The position numbers and the translations under genes were made by a program. Shown here in pieces: positions 8,597 through 18,400 of a stretch of DNA of 64,000 nucleotides. Position 1 is the first letter of the stretch; each line of letters opens with the position of its first letter. Under the pieces are notes generated by a model, which had not been told where the DNA came from, searched no databases, and was given only the letters and a program-made list of their open reading frames with translations. Source of the DNA: Clostridia bacterium (GTDB lineage Bacteria > Bacillota > Clostridia > Oscillospirales > CAG-272); assembly GCA_017450965.1 (NCBI GenBank), contig JAFSSQ010000089.1:40103-104102 (forward strand). The letters run 5' to 3'.

Positions 8597-10474
8597 ATGG
8601 AAGACCAAAAATATCCTCTTTTATCCCGGATCCATTCTCCCGCCGATCTGAAAGCCATGCGGGAGGCGGATATGCCGACGCTGGCCGACGAGATCCGCGC
8701 CTTCCTCATCGAACACGTGACCGAGACGGGCGGCCATCTCGCCTCCAACCTCGGCGTCGTGGAACTCTCGATCGCGCTGCACCGCGTGTTCGACTGCCCG
8801 CACGATCATATCATCTTCGACGTGGGGCATCAAAGCTATATCCACAAGCTGCTCACCGGACGGGGAGAGGCGTTTTCCACCCTCCGTCAGCCGGGCGGTC
8901 TTTCCGGCTTTACCCGCCGGGAGGAGAGCGAGTACGACGCGTTCGGCGCCGGGCACAGCTCCACCTCCGTCAGCGCCGCCGTCGGGTTTGCGGAGGCGGA
9001 CAAGCTCTCCGGGTCGGACGCGTTCAGCGTCGCCGTCGTCGGGGACGGGGCGTTCACCGGCGGGATGATCCACGAGGCGCTCAACAACTGCCGGGGCGAT
9101 CTCAATCTTGTCATCGTCCTCAACGAAAACGAAATGTCCATCGGTCCGAACATCGGGCGCTTTGCCGCCTCGATCGCGCGGATCCGTTCCTCTCCCCGTT
9201 ATCTGCGCACCAAAAGACGCACCCAAAAAGTGCTGAACAGGCTGCCCCTGATCGGACGTCCGCTCTACGCTTTCTTCCGCGGGGTGAAAAAGCGCTTGAA
9301 AAATATGCTCTTTTCCTCCAACTATTTCGAGGAGCTCGGGCTCTTTTATCTCGGTCCCGCCAACGGAAACCACTACCGCACCGTCGAGCGGCTGCTGCGC
9401 GCGGCGAAAAACAAAGGGGAGAGCGTGATCGTCCACCTCAAGACCACAAAAGGAAAGGGCTATCCCGAGGCGGAGGAGCACCCGGAGCGCTTCCACGGCA
9501 TCCCGCCCGCCGGGACCGTCCCCGTGCGCAACTTTTCGGCGGAGATGGGAGAGCGGCTCCTCGCGCTTGCGCGGGAGAACGCCGATCTCTGCGCCGTGAC
9601 CGCTTCGATGACCGATTCGACGGGTCTTTCTCCCTTTGCCCGCGAGCTGCCGGACCGCTTTTTTGACGTCGGTATCGCGGAGGAGCACGCCGCCACCTTC
9701 TGCGCCGGGCTTGCCGCGGCGGGGAAGAGGCCGTTTTTCGCGGTCTATTCCTCCTTTTTGCAGCGTTCCTACGACAGCCTGATCCACGACGTTGCCCTCC
9801 AGCGTCTTCCGGTCACCCTTTGTGTCGACCGGGCGGGACTTGCCGCGGCGGACGGACCGACTCACCACGGGATCTTTGACGTGGCGTTTCTCTCCGGGAT
9901 CCCCCATTTCACCCTTTACGCGCCCGCTTCCTTTGCCTCGCTCGGCGCCGCGCTCTCGGCCGCCGCGCGCGCGGAGGGACCGGTCGCCGTTCGCTACCCC
10001 AACGCGGGGGAGGACCCCGCGATCCTCGCGGCCTTCTTTGCGGAAAAGGGGGAAGCGCTGGGGCCGCGCCGCGCCCTGCCCGGGGATCTTCCGTCCCGCG
10101 CCGTCCTGTTCACCTACGGCAGGATCGCCGCCGAGGCGCTGAAGGCGCAGAGGGAGCTGGAAAAAGAGGGGATCGGGCTTTGCGTGATCCTGCTTGAAAC
10201 GCTGAAACCCTACGAGAGCGCCGCCGACGCGGCGCTGCCGCTTCTGCCGCCGGAAGCCGAGCGCCTGCTCTTTCTCGAAGAGGGCGTTCGCGCGGGCGGC
10301 GCCGGTATGATGTTCTTTGACGCGCTCGCCCGCCGCGCGCCCCAACAGATTGAGGGCAGGAAAACCGAGATCCTTGCGATCGGGGACGCGTTTTCCGCCG
10401 GCGAGCTCGGCCGGCCGCTCTATGAGACGCTCGGCATCTCCGCCGCGGACGTGATCCGCGCGGTCAAACGGTAA
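8597..10474 (+). CDS. dxs: 1-deoxy-D-xylulose-5-phosphate synthase
   Basis: PLLSRIHSPADLK...ETGGHLASNLGVVELSIALHRVFD...IIFDVGHQSYIHKLLTGR and downstream TPP/transketolase-like motifs. The start is at MEDQKY after ACGGAG. Confidence 0.92.
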   Translation: MEDQKYPLLSRIHSPADLKAMREADMPTLADEIRAFLIEHVTETGGHLASNLGVVELSIALHRVFDCPHDHIIFDVGHQSYIHKLLTGRGEAFSTLRQPGGLSGFTRREESEYDAFGAGHSSTSVSAAVGFAEADKLSGSDAFSVAVVGDGAFTGGMIHEALNNCRGDLNLVIVLNENEMSIGPNIGRFAASIARIRSSPRYLRTKRRTQKVLNRLPLIGRPLYAFFRGVKKRLKNMLFSSNYFEELGLFYLGPANGNHYRTVERLLRAAKNKGESVIVHLKTTKGKGYPEAEEHPERFHGIPPAGTVPVRNFSAEMGERLLALARENADLCAVTASMTDSTGLSPFARELPDRFFDVGIAEEHAATFCAGLAAAGKRPFFAVYSSFLQRSYDSLIHDVALQRLPVTLCVDRAGLAAADGPTHHGIFDVAFLSGIPHFTLYAPASFASLGAALSAAARAEGPVAVRYPNAGEDPAILAAFFAEKGEALGPRRALPGDLPSRAVLFTYGRIAAEALKAQRELEKEGIGLCVILLETLKPYESAADAALPLLPPEAERLLFLEEGVRAGGAGMMFFDALARRAPQQIEGRKTEILAIGDAFSAGELGRPLYETLGISAADVIRAVKR

Positions 10475-10501
10475 AAAATCCGGGAGGAAAAGGAGGCCCT
10501 T

Positions 10502-11494
10502 ATGCCGATCCGTAAGATCCATACCGAAAAAAGCCGCGGTCCTTCCTCCCGGGGCGTTTTCCTCGATTCGCTCGACCAGGTCCGGCCGGAGGAGCTTTCT
10601 CCCGCCGCGCCGAAAAAACGGAAGCGGAAGTTCGGCGTGTACGACGCGATGCTGATCGGCTGTCTCGCCGTATTCGCCGTCTGCATCGGACTGCTCGTGC
10701 ACGGCGCCTTTGACACGCAGCGTTCCGCCGATCTCTACGAGCGGCTTGCCGCGGGGCTCTTTGACGAGCCGGAGGCGTCCGGGGAGTCCGATCCCTTCGA
10801 GCCGCTCTCGCCCGGCAGCTCCGCCTCTCTCCTCTACAGCCACAGCGAGCTGCTTGCACGCAAGCTCTCCGGGGAGGAGAGCCGGGTGCCGGAGGTCGCG
10901 GTGCAGAACGTCCTGCTTGCCCGCGTGCAGGCGCGGCTTGCCGAGCTGAAAGCGAAAAACCCGGATATTTACGCCTTTATCCGGATCGAGGACACGAATA
11001 TCAGCTATCCCGTTACCATCACCTACGACAACGATTTTTACCTGCACCACGATCCGGAGAACCGCGGGTATCTCGACCACGGCTCGATCTTTGCGGATTA
11101 CCGGAACGACCGGCGCGGGATCGAGTATAACCGCAACACCGTCCTCTACGGCCACAATATGACGACCGGACGGATGTTCCACGAGCTGATCAAATTCAAT
11201 GACGCGGAGTTTTTCCGCACACACCTGATCTATCTGTATACCCTGAACGGGCTTTACGTCTATCAGCCCTTCGCCTTTTTCCGCACCGTTGCCGACTATA
11301 ACTATTTTCAGATCTATTTTTCGTCCGACGCGGACTTCCTCGCCTTTGCCGAGAGGATGAAGGAAAACTCCCTCTATGAAACGGACGTGACCTTCTCGCC
11401 GGGGGACCGGATCCTGACGCTTTCCACCTGCACCAACGTGACCACCGACGGTCGCTACAGCCTGCAGGCCAAGCTGATCCGGATCGAACGGTGA
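10502..11494 (+). CDS. srtB: class B sortase with long N-terminal cytoplasmic/TM extension
   Basis: TM (MLIGCLAVFAVCIGLLV), then the SrtB core: NPDIYAFIRIEDTNISYPV, NTVLYGHNM and the catalytic TLSTC motif. Confidence 0.85.
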   Translation: MPIRKIHTEKSRGPSSRGVFLDSLDQVRPEELSPAAPKKRKRKFGVYDAMLIGCLAVFAVCIGLLVHGAFDTQRSADLYERLAAGLFDEPEASGESDPFEPLSPGSSASLLYSHSELLARKLSGEESRVPEVAVQNVLLARVQARLAELKAKNPDIYAFIRIEDTNISYPVTITYDNDFYLHHDPENRGYLDHGSIFADYRNDRRGIEYNRNTVLYGHNMTTGRMFHELIKFNDAEFFRTHLIYLYTLNGLYVYQPFAFFRTVADYNYFQIYFSSDADFLAFAERMKENSLYETDVTFSPGDRILTLSTCTNVTTDGRYSLQAKLIRIER

Positions 11495-12297
11495 CGGCGC
11501 TCGTCTGCCCCGTCTGCGGGGAGCCGCTGTCTGCCAGGGAGCGCGCCTTCGTTTGCACCGGGGCGCGGGGACGGATCCACTCCTTTGACAGGGGCGCCGA
11601 CGGCACCGTCAATCTGGCGGGCGGCGGCTACCGGCCGGTCAGCGGCGACCCGCCCGATATGGTCGCCGCCCGCTGCGCGTTTCTGCGCGCGGGGTGGTAC
11701 GCGCCGCTCGCCGAGCGGCTCGCGGAGGCGGCGGACGGTCTCGGCGCCGTCGCGGACGCCGGCTGCGGCGAGGGGTTTTATTCGGTCGCGGCGGCCAGGC
11801 GCTGCGGTTTTCTCTACGGGTTCGACCTCTCGAAAAAGGCGGTCTCGCGGGCGGCGAAGCTCGCGCGCGCCGAGGGGCTGGAGAACACCCTTTTTTCGGT
11901 CGCGTCGGTCTACTCTCTCCCGCTGGCGGACCGCTCCGTCGACGCCGTCTTTTCGGTTTTCGCGCCGGTCGCGGAAGAAGAGTTTTTCCGGGTGCTCCGT
12001 CCGGGCGGGACGCTCTTCATCGCCGCCGCGGGCACGGAGCATCTATACGAGCTGAAGGCGGCGCTCTACGACACGGTGCGCAAAAACGCCCCCCGCGCCG
12101 ATCTTCCCGCCGTCCCGCTGAAAAAAGAAACGCTCACCTTTTCCCGCACTCTCCCGCGCGACGCGCTCCGCTCTCTCTACCGGATGACGCCCTACTCCCG
12201 CCGCTCCTCCCCGGAGAGCGAGGCAAAACTGGCGGCTCTTTCCGAGCTGACCGTTACCTTTTCCTTTGATCTCTATCGCTGCGAGGCAACGAAATGA
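11491..12297 (+). CDS. SAM-dependent methyltransferase, RlmA (23S rRNA G-N1 methyltransferase)-like
   Basis: N-terminal Zn-ribbon CPVCGEPL...FVC, then RCAFLRAGWYAPL and DAGCGEGFYS, collinear with E. coli RlmA. The GTG start overlaps the sortase stop (GTGA). Confidence 0.7.
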   Translation: MTALVCPVCGEPLSARERAFVCTGARGRIHSFDRGADGTVNLAGGGYRPVSGDPPDMVAARCAFLRAGWYAPLAERLAEAADGLGAVADAGCGEGFYSVAAARRCGFLYGFDLSKKAVSRAAKLARAEGLENTLFSVASVYSLPLADRSVDAVFSVFAPVAEEEFFRVLRPGGTLFIAAAGTEHLYELKAALYDTVRKNAPRADLPAVPLKKETLTFSRTLPRDALRSLYRMTPYSRRSSPESEAKLAALSELTVTFSFDLYRCEATK

Positions 12298-13025
12298 AGT
12301 ATTCGATCATTATCCCGATGTATAACGAAAAAAAGATCGTCGAGCAATCGGCGAGGACTCTTTCCGCGTATTGCGAAAAGAACTTTCCCTTCGAATGCGA
12401 GATCCTCTTCGTCGACGACGGCAGTACCGACGGCTGCGGGGAACTCCTCGCCGCCCTCGCGCTGCCCAACGTCCGGCTGCTCGGCTACGGGGAGAACCGC
12501 GGCAAAGGGTACGCCGTGCGTACGGGGATGCTGGCGGCCGAGGGGGCGTTCCGTCTCTTTACCGATACCGACCTCGCCTACGGCACGGAGGTGATCGGGG
12601 AGGCGTTTTCTCTGTGGGAGGCGGATCCCTCCGTCGATCTCGTGATCGGCTCCCGGCGGCTTGCAAAGGACGGCTACGAGGGCTATACCTTCCTCCGCCG
12701 GCTTGCCTCCCGCGCCTATCTCGGGCTTTTGCGCACGCTCGGCGGCTTCCGGTTTTCCGACTCGCAGTCCGGCTTCAAGGGCTTTTCCGCCCGCGCGGCA
12801 AAACGGATCTTCCCGCTTTGCGAGACCGACCGCTTCGCTTTTGATTTCGAGGCGCTGTCTTACGCCGCCCGGATGAAGATGAAGGTAAAGGAGATGCCCA
12901 TCCGGGTCCTCGTGCACGGCGAGTCGAAGGTCCGGCTTGTCGGCGACAGCGTGAAGATGTTCGGCGATATCCTGAAGATCCGCCGACGGGTGAAGAAAAA
13001 AATGAAAGAACGGAACGATGCTTAG
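12294..13025 (+). CDS. family 2 glycosyltransferase, polyprenyl/dolichyl-phosphate hexosyltransferase-like
   Basis: YSIIIPMYNE, FVDDGSTDG, ENRGKGYAV, DTDL and SGFKGF motifs of GT2/DPG-synthase-like enzymes. The start overlaps the upstream stop by 4 nt. Confidence 0.85.
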   Translation: MKYSIIIPMYNEKKIVEQSARTLSAYCEKNFPFECEILFVDDGSTDGCGELLAALALPNVRLLGYGENRGKGYAVRTGMLAAEGAFRLFTDTDLAYGTEVIGEAFSLWEADPSVDLVIGSRRLAKDGYEGYTFLRRLASRAYLGLLRTLGGFRFSDSQSGFKGFSARAAKRIFPLCETDRFAFDFEALSYAARMKMKVKEMPIRVLVHGESKVRLVGDSVKMFGDILKIRRRVKKKMKERNDA

Positions 13026-13545
13026 AATCGCTTTTCGCGCTCTTTCTCCCGGCGAGGACGCCGGCGCCGCGGCGCGCGGGCTGCTCTTGGAGCTCCTCGT
13101 TTCCGCGCTTGGAGAGCGGCGGGGCGGGGAAACGTTCGCCGCCCTTACAAAAGACGAAAACGGCCGTCCCTTTTTAGCGTGGGACGCGCCGTTCGTCAGC
13201 TTTACGCACACAAAGGGGCTGGCCGCCGCCGCGTGGTCGGACTCTCCCGTCGGGATCGACGCGGAGCGCCTCCGGCCCCTCACCGCGCGGGACCGCGCGC
13301 TGCTCCGCCGCTTTTTTGCGGGCGAGCGGGGGAGCGTGTACGCCGCGCGGGATCAAAGCGGCGTCGCCTTTTTCCGCTTTTGGACGCGGCGGGAGGCGGC
13401 GTTCAAGGCCTTCGGCACAAAGCCCTTTTACGAAGAAGATCCCGTTCCCGGCCACAAAACGAAAACGAAAACGGTGGAGGTAAACGGCGATTTCTATCTC
13501 CTCACGGTCGCCTCGGATACCGACCGACTCATTTTTTGCCCCTGA
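13018..13545 (+). CDS. 4'-phosphopantetheinyl transferase superfamily protein (short Sfp-type)
   Basis: ENGRPFL...FSFTHTKGLAAAA, VGIDAE and FWTRREAFKA-like (FWTRREAAFKA) motifs. The start overlaps the GT2 stop by 8 nt. Confidence 0.6.
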   Translation: MLRIAFRALSPGEDAGAAARGLLLELLVSALGERRGGETFAALTKDENGRPFLAWDAPFVSFTHTKGLAAAAWSDSPVGIDAERLRPLTARDRALLRRFFAGERGSVYAARDQSGVAFFRFWTRREAAFKAFGTKPFYEEDPVPGHKTKTKTVEVNGDFYLLTVASDTDRLIFCP

Positions 13546-13671
13546 GATCCGGGAACGTTTTGAAAAACTCAAAAAAGCGAAGGAGAGAGCGCGGAAGTAC
13601 GTCAAGGGAATCACCAACATCGCGACGCTGCGAACCTCAGCAAAGGCCGCTATAACGTCTATTGATTTGAG

Positions 13672-13708
13672 AGATAAAAAAGAGGATCCCCCCGCCTGGC
13701 GGGGGGAT
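13672..13708 (-). terminator. intrinsic terminator after the lipoprotein gene
   Basis: Stem ATCCCCCCGCC/GGCGGGGGGAT. On the minus strand it is followed by CCTCTTTTTTATC. Confidence 0.6.
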
Positions 13709-13723
13709 GCTTCGTTACGGAGT

Positions 13724-14299
13724 TCAGGCGCACCGGATCATCCGGATAAGATCCTTTTCGCAGGTTTGCATCGAGTCGGGATAGCTGATCTTATAGTAGC
13801 TGCTTCCCATCGGAACAAACCGCGAGCGGTTCTCGGAAACGAAGATGGAGCCGTCCGCTTCGGCGGATACGCCGAACTGCCGTTCGATTGCCGCGATAGT
13901 CGCTTCTTTTTCCCTCGGGACCGTGACAAGGACGCCGGAAGAAGGGGAAAAGGAGAGGGTACCGGCGGGAACATAGTAATAGAAAAGGGAAAAAGGATTC
14001 ACTTCGATCTTCAACAAAACAAACGCTTTGTCCGTGATCTGAGGATAACAGTCGACGGCGATCTCGTCAAAGCCGTTGGCCCGGCAGAGCGCCGCTTCGT
14101 CCTTGTCCAGACCGGCGGGATAGTCCCCGATGGTTTTGAAGAGCTGTTCGATCGAGTCGAAATATACCCCGGCGGGATCGACAGCAAGCGCCGCGTCCGC
14201 GCCGCCGTTTTCCTTCTTTGCCTGCCGACAGCCGAAGAGACCCAAAACGAGCAAAAAACTCAAAACAAGTCCTGCTGTTTTCAACTTTTTTCTTTCCAT
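13724..14299 (-). CDS. lipoprotein of unknown function
   Basis: MERKKLKTAGLVLSFLLVLGLFGC carries a lipobox (LFGC). GGAGG lies upstream. I recognise no known domain. Confidence 0.55.
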   Translation of the reverse strand: MERKKLKTAGLVLSFLLVLGLFGCRQAKKENGGADAALAVDPAGVYFDSIEQLFKTIGDYPAGLDKDEAALCRANGFDEIAVDCYPQITDKAFVLLKIEVNPFSLFYYYVPAGTLSFSPSSGVLVTVPREKEATIAAIERQFGVSAEADGSIFVSENRSRFVPMGSSYYKISYPDSMQTCEKDLIRMIRCA

Positions 14300-14420
14300 A
14301 ACGCGTCGCCTCCGCTTTTTCTTTTTACCCCATATACGTTTCAAAAGAGAAAACTCCTGTTTTTTATCAGATTGACGAAAAAAGAGCGGATCGCTCCTCT
14401 CTTTTTCGGTTTGCCGTTTT

Positions 14421-16157
14421 TTAAGCCCGGACGAGGGCGGGGATCGCCGCGCGGCAGGCGGCGAGTTTTTTGTCGAGGGCGGGTTTCGTCTTTGCGGAGA
14501 CGAGCAGATAGACCTTGACCTTCGGCTCGGTGCCGGAGGGGCGGACGAGGATCACGTCCCCGCTCTCCGTTTCGTAGCGCAGCACGTCGGAGGAGGGAAG
14601 ACCGGTCGGGAGGCGCTTTCCGGTGCGCAGGTCGGTCAGCGTTCCGGCGAGGTAATCCCCGACCGAAACGACCTTCGAGCCCGCGATCTCTTCCGGCGGT
14701 TCCCGACGGAGGGAGGCGGTCACGGCCGCCATCTGTTTCGCCGCGTCCGCGCCGGAAAAGTCCAGGTTTTCGGTGTGCTCGGCGTAGTACCCGTAACGCC
14801 GGCAGAGATCCTCCAGCGCGTCGAGGAGCGTCATCTTTTTCTGCCGGTAAAAGGCCGCCATCTCCGCGATCAGCATCGAGGCGCAGACCGCGTCCTTGTC
14901 GCGGGCGTAGGTGCCCTTGAGATAGCCGTAGCTTTCCTCAAAGCCGAGGACATAGGTCCCGTACCCGGCCTTTTCGTGCTTTTTGATGACCTCTCCGATG
15001 AACTTGAAGCCGGTCAGCACGTTGTAGACCTTCACGCCGTTTTGTCTGGCGATCTCGGAGAAAAGCTCGGTGGAGACGATCGTTTTGACGGCGTAGGCGT
15101 CCGTGGGGATCCCGCCCGTCGCCTTCATCGCCGTAAGGATATAATCAAGCAGCAGCGCGCCCATCGCGTTGCCGGAGATGCGGGCAAACGTCCCGTCCTT
15201 GCCGCGGCTCATCACGCCGACGCGGTCGGAGTCCGGATCGGTCGCGATCACGAGATCCGCGCCGACCTTCTCCGCCAGCGCGATCCCGGGGACAAAGACC
15301 TCGGCCAGCTCCGGGTTCGGCTGTTTCACGGAGGGAAAGTCGCCGTCCGGCTTTGCCTGCTCGGGTACGATCTCCACGCTGCCGATCCCCATCTCGCGGA
15401 AGACGCGGGGAACGAGCTTCCAGCCGGCGCCGTGCAGGGGGGAGTAGACGATCTTCAGATCCTTTGCCGCCTCGTCGATCCCGGGAGGGGAGACGCGCTC
15501 GGCGAGGACCTGCTTCAGATAGGCGTTGTCGATCTTTCTGCCGATCAGTTCGATCCGGCCGGAGGCGAGCGCGCGTTTGAAGTTTGCCAGCTTCACGCCG
15601 TCGAAAACGTCGATCTTGGCGATCTCGGCGGCCACGTCGGCGGCGTGGTCGGGCGGGAGCTGGGCGCCGTCTTCCCAGTAGGCCTTGTAGCCGTTGTATT
15701 CCTTTGCGTTGTGGCTTGCGGTGATGTTGACGCCCGCGATGCAGGAGAGATACCGCAGCGCAAAGGAGAGCTCCGGCGTCGGGCGCAGGTCGTCAAAAAG
15801 ATAGACCTTGATGCGGTTGCCGGCAAGGACCCGCGCCGCGATCTCCGCGTATTCGCGCGAATGGTTGCGGGAGTCGTAGGCGATCGCCACGCCCCTTGCC
15901 GAGGCGCGTTTTTTCTTGATCAGCCGCGCCAGTCCCTGCGTCGCCTGGGCGACGGTGTAGCGGTTGAGGCGCGCGGTCCCCGCCGCCATCACGCCGCGCA
16001 GACCCGCGGTCCCGAAGGAAAGGGAACCGGAGAACCGCCCGAGGATCTCCTCGTCGTTTCCCCGGATGCTCTCCAGCTCGGCGCGCGTTTCGGGGTCGAG
16101 TTTTTCAAAAGAGAGCCATCTCTCGTAATTCTGCTTTGCCGTTTCTGTCAGTGCCAT
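14421..16157 (-). CDS. pgcA: phosphoglucomutase / phospho-sugar mutase (alpha-D-phosphohexomutase family)
   Basis: GTAGLRG, the active-site loop TASHNAKEYNGYK, DPDSDR and a C-terminal RPSGTEPK motif. Confidence 0.9.
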   Translation of the reverse strand: MALTETAKQNYERWLSFEKLDPETRAELESIRGNDEEILGRFSGSLSFGTAGLRGVMAAGTARLNRYTVAQATQGLARLIKKKRASARGVAIAYDSRNHSREYAEIAARVLAGNRIKVYLFDDLRPTPELSFALRYLSCIAGVNITASHNAKEYNGYKAYWEDGAQLPPDHAADVAAEIAKIDVFDGVKLANFKRALASGRIELIGRKIDNAYLKQVLAERVSPPGIDEAAKDLKIVYSPLHGAGWKLVPRVFREMGIGSVEIVPEQAKPDGDFPSVKQPNPELAEVFVPGIALAEKVGADLVIATDPDSDRVGVMSRGKDGTFARISGNAMGALLLDYILTAMKATGGIPTDAYAVKTIVSTELFSEIARQNGVKVYNVLTGFKFIGEVIKKHEKAGYGTYVLGFEESYGYLKGTYARDKDAVCASMLIAEMAAFYRQKKMTLLDALEDLCRRYGYYAEHTENLDFSGADAAKQMAAVTASLRREPPEEIAGSKVVSVGDYLAGTLTDLRTGKRLPTGLPSSDVLRYETESGDVILVRPSGTEPKVKVYLLVSAKTKPALDKKLAACRAAIPALVRA

Positions 16158-16171
16158 TGCGTCTCCTTCTC

Positions 16172-16441
16172 TCACACGCCGACCGCGTTGCCGGACAGCG
16201 CCTCGGTCAGCGCGCGCGCCAGCTGGTCGGGGCAGGAGGTGGGGCGCATCCCGCAGCGGATCCCGCCGAGGCGGTCGATCGCCTCGCTTGCCTTCATCCC
16301 GACGACCAGCCGGGAGACGCCCTGCGTGTTGCCGCTGCAGCCGCCGTCAAAGCGGCAGGAGACGATCACACCGTCGTCGTCCACTTCGATCTCGATCGCC
16401 CGGGAGCAGACGCCCTGCGTTTTGTATCGGATTGTTTTCAT
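16172..16441 (-). CDS. TIGR03905 family TSCPD-domain protein
   Basis: 89 aa: GVCSRAIEIEV..., FDGGCSGNTQGVSRL, GIRCG..TSCPDQLA. The start overlaps the htpG stop. Confidence 0.75.
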   Translation of the reverse strand: MKTIRYKTQGVCSRAIEIEVDDDGVIVSCRFDGGCSGNTQGVSRLVVGMKASEAIDRLGGIRCGMRPTSCPDQLARALTEALSGNAVGV

Positions 16442-18354
16442 TTCGTTTCCTCCGGTTCGCTTGCGTTTTCCGGGATCATCGTTAGAAGGCGGTAGCTGTC
16501 CGAGAGAAAGGTCTCCAACTCGTCGGCGGACAGTTTTCTCTGCGAGAGGGCGGCCAGCGCGTAAAGGTGTTTGGCGAGCAGCCGGTCCCGTCCGTTAAAG
16601 GTCTCTTTGGCAAAGAGGGCGGCCGCCGTTTCGTTTGAGAGGTTGAGGGTCAGCGTTTCGGCGGCGGTCGCGGGCATCGCCGCGCCGCTGCCCGCCGCGG
16701 CGTAGAACTTCATCATGTCATCAAAGCGCCGGCTCTCCTCGGGGAGAGAGAGGATCGCGGGCACGTCCGCGCTGCGCAGCGTTTCAGCGGCGAGGGTGAG
16801 CTTTTCGTTGTGCGAGAGCTCCCGGAAGAGCTTTTCCAGCGCTTCGTTCTTGCCGGCGTCTTTTGTTTCATCCGCTTTCAGCGCGCCCGCCGCGTCGGCG
16901 TCGACGCGCAGGAACTTCACCTTTTCGTTTTTCGTTTCAAGGAAGGAGATATACTGCGTGTCGACGAACTTGTCAAAGAGGCAGATCCCGATCCCCCCGT
17001 CGGTGTAAAGACGGACGAACTGCGCCTGCGCGACGGGGTCGGTCGCGTAGTAGACCTTGTTTTCGTTCTTTTCTTTCGCCGCTTCCAGGTATTCCGGGAG
17101 CGTCTTGTACCCGCCGCCGCACATCGGCAGGAGCATCGCGTCCTTGGCGCGGTCGTAGAACTTTTCGTCGCAGATGCAGCTGTATTCGGTGAAAAGGCGG
17201 ATGTCGTTCCAGATCTTCTCGTAGCCCTCGCGGTCGTTTTCCTTCATCGAGACGAGCTTATCCGCCACCTTCTTGACGATGAAAGCGGCGATCTTTTTCA
17301 CGTATCCGTTGCTCTGGAGGTAACTGCGGGAAACGTTGAGCGGCAGTTCGGGGCAGTCGAGCACCCCGCGCAGCATCAGAAGATATTCCGGCACGACCTC
17401 CTTGATATTGTCGGCGACGAAGGTCTGGTTGTAGTAGAGCTTGATCTGCCCCTCGACGTTTTCAAAGTCGTTTTCCTTGCGGGGGAAGAAGAGGATCCCC
17501 TTGAAGTTGAGCGGGTAGTCCGCGCTGATATGGACGGTGAGCAGGGGCTCCCGCCAGTCGCCGAACACCTTGCGGTAGAAGGCGGTATACTCCTCCTTCG
17601 TGCACTCGGATGCCGGTTTGAGCCAGAGGGGCGCGGTGTCGTTGACCGGCTTCGACTCCGCCGGTTTTTCGTCCTTCTCCTCCCCTTCCGGCTCCTCGCC
17701 GCAGGAGAGGTAGATCGGCTCCGGCATGAAGGAGCAGTATTTGTCCAGGACCTCGCGCAGCCGCGCCTCGTTTGCAAATTCCTCTCCCTCCTCGTTCAGG
17801 TGCAAAACGACGGTGGTGCCGCGTTCGGTCTGCCGTTCGTCCGGCCCGATCTCGTACTGCCCCGCCGCGTCGCAGGAGAAGCGCACGGCAGGCGCGCCGG
17901 TAAAGGATTTCGTATACACGTCCACCGCGTCGGCGACCATAAAGGCGCTGTAAAACCCGAGTCCGAAGTGCCCGATGATCCCGCTGCCGGCGCCCTCTCC
18001 CTCGCCCTCGTACTTTTTGATAAAGTCGAGCGCGCCGGAGAGCGCGATGCTGCAGAGGTACTTCTGCACCTCCTCCTCGGTCATACCGATCCCGTTGTCG
18101 GAGACGGTCAGGGTCTTCGCGTCCTTATCGAGCGCCACCTCGACCTTCAGCGCGTCGGTATCCGCCTCGGTCTCGCCGAGGGAGACGAGGCGCCGCAGCT
18201 TCGTTTCCGCGTCGATCGCGTTGGAGACAATCTCCCGCAAAAAGATCTCCTTATCGGAATAGAGCCATTTTTTGATCACGGGGAAGATATGCTCGGCTTC
18301 GACCGAGATCCCGCCCCGGCGGGCGCCGTTTTCCTGTTTTTCCTGTTCAGACAA
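16438..18354 (-). CDS. htpG: molecular chaperone HtpG (Hsp90)
   Basis: KEIFLREIVSNAIDA, DNGIGMT and IGHFGLGFYSAFMVA GHKL motifs. 638 aa. Confidence 0.92.
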   Translation of the reverse strand: MSEQEKQENGARRGGISVEAEHIFPVIKKWLYSDKEIFLREIVSNAIDAETKLRRLVSLGETEADTDALKVEVALDKDAKTLTVSDNGIGMTEEEVQKYLCSIALSGALDFIKKYEGEGEGAGSGIIGHFGLGFYSAFMVADAVDVYTKSFTGAPAVRFSCDAAGQYEIGPDERQTERGTTVVLHLNEEGEEFANEARLREVLDKYCSFMPEPIYLSCGEEPEGEEKDEKPAESKPVNDTAPLWLKPASECTKEEYTAFYRKVFGDWREPLLTVHISADYPLNFKGILFFPRKENDFENVEGQIKLYYNQTFVADNIKEVVPEYLLMLRGVLDCPELPLNVSRSYLQSNGYVKKIAAFIVKKVADKLVSMKENDREGYEKIWNDIRLFTEYSCICDEKFYDRAKDAMLLPMCGGGYKTLPEYLEAAKEKNENKVYYATDPVAQAQFVRLYTDGGIGICLFDKFVDTQYISFLETKNEKVKFLRVDADAAGALKADETKDAGKNEALEKLFRELSHNEKLTLAAETLRSADVPAILSLPEESRRFDDMMKFYAAAGSGAAMPATAAETLTLNLSNETAAALFAKETFNGRDRLLAKHLYALAALSQRKLSADELETFLSDSYRLLTMIPENASEPEETK

Positions 18355-18400
18355 TGAAAAAACCTTCTTTCCTTACATGAAATGATCTATACAAGTCGCC

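Noticed and set aside
7426-11224. Two ORFs: 746 aa on the plus strand (7426..9666) and 867 aa on the minus strand (8621..11224). Together they overlap the oxidoreductase, dxs and sortase genes.
   Set aside because: They overlap or run antisense to well-supported genes, and their composition is biased. They are not coding.
13544-13666. Charged helical-looking reading frame (EIRERFEKLKKAKERARKYVKGITNIATL...) in the PPTase-lipoprotein intergenic region.
   Set aside because: It has no start codon or SD. It runs into the terminator hairpin and then antisense into the lipoprotein gene. It is likely a chance open frame.
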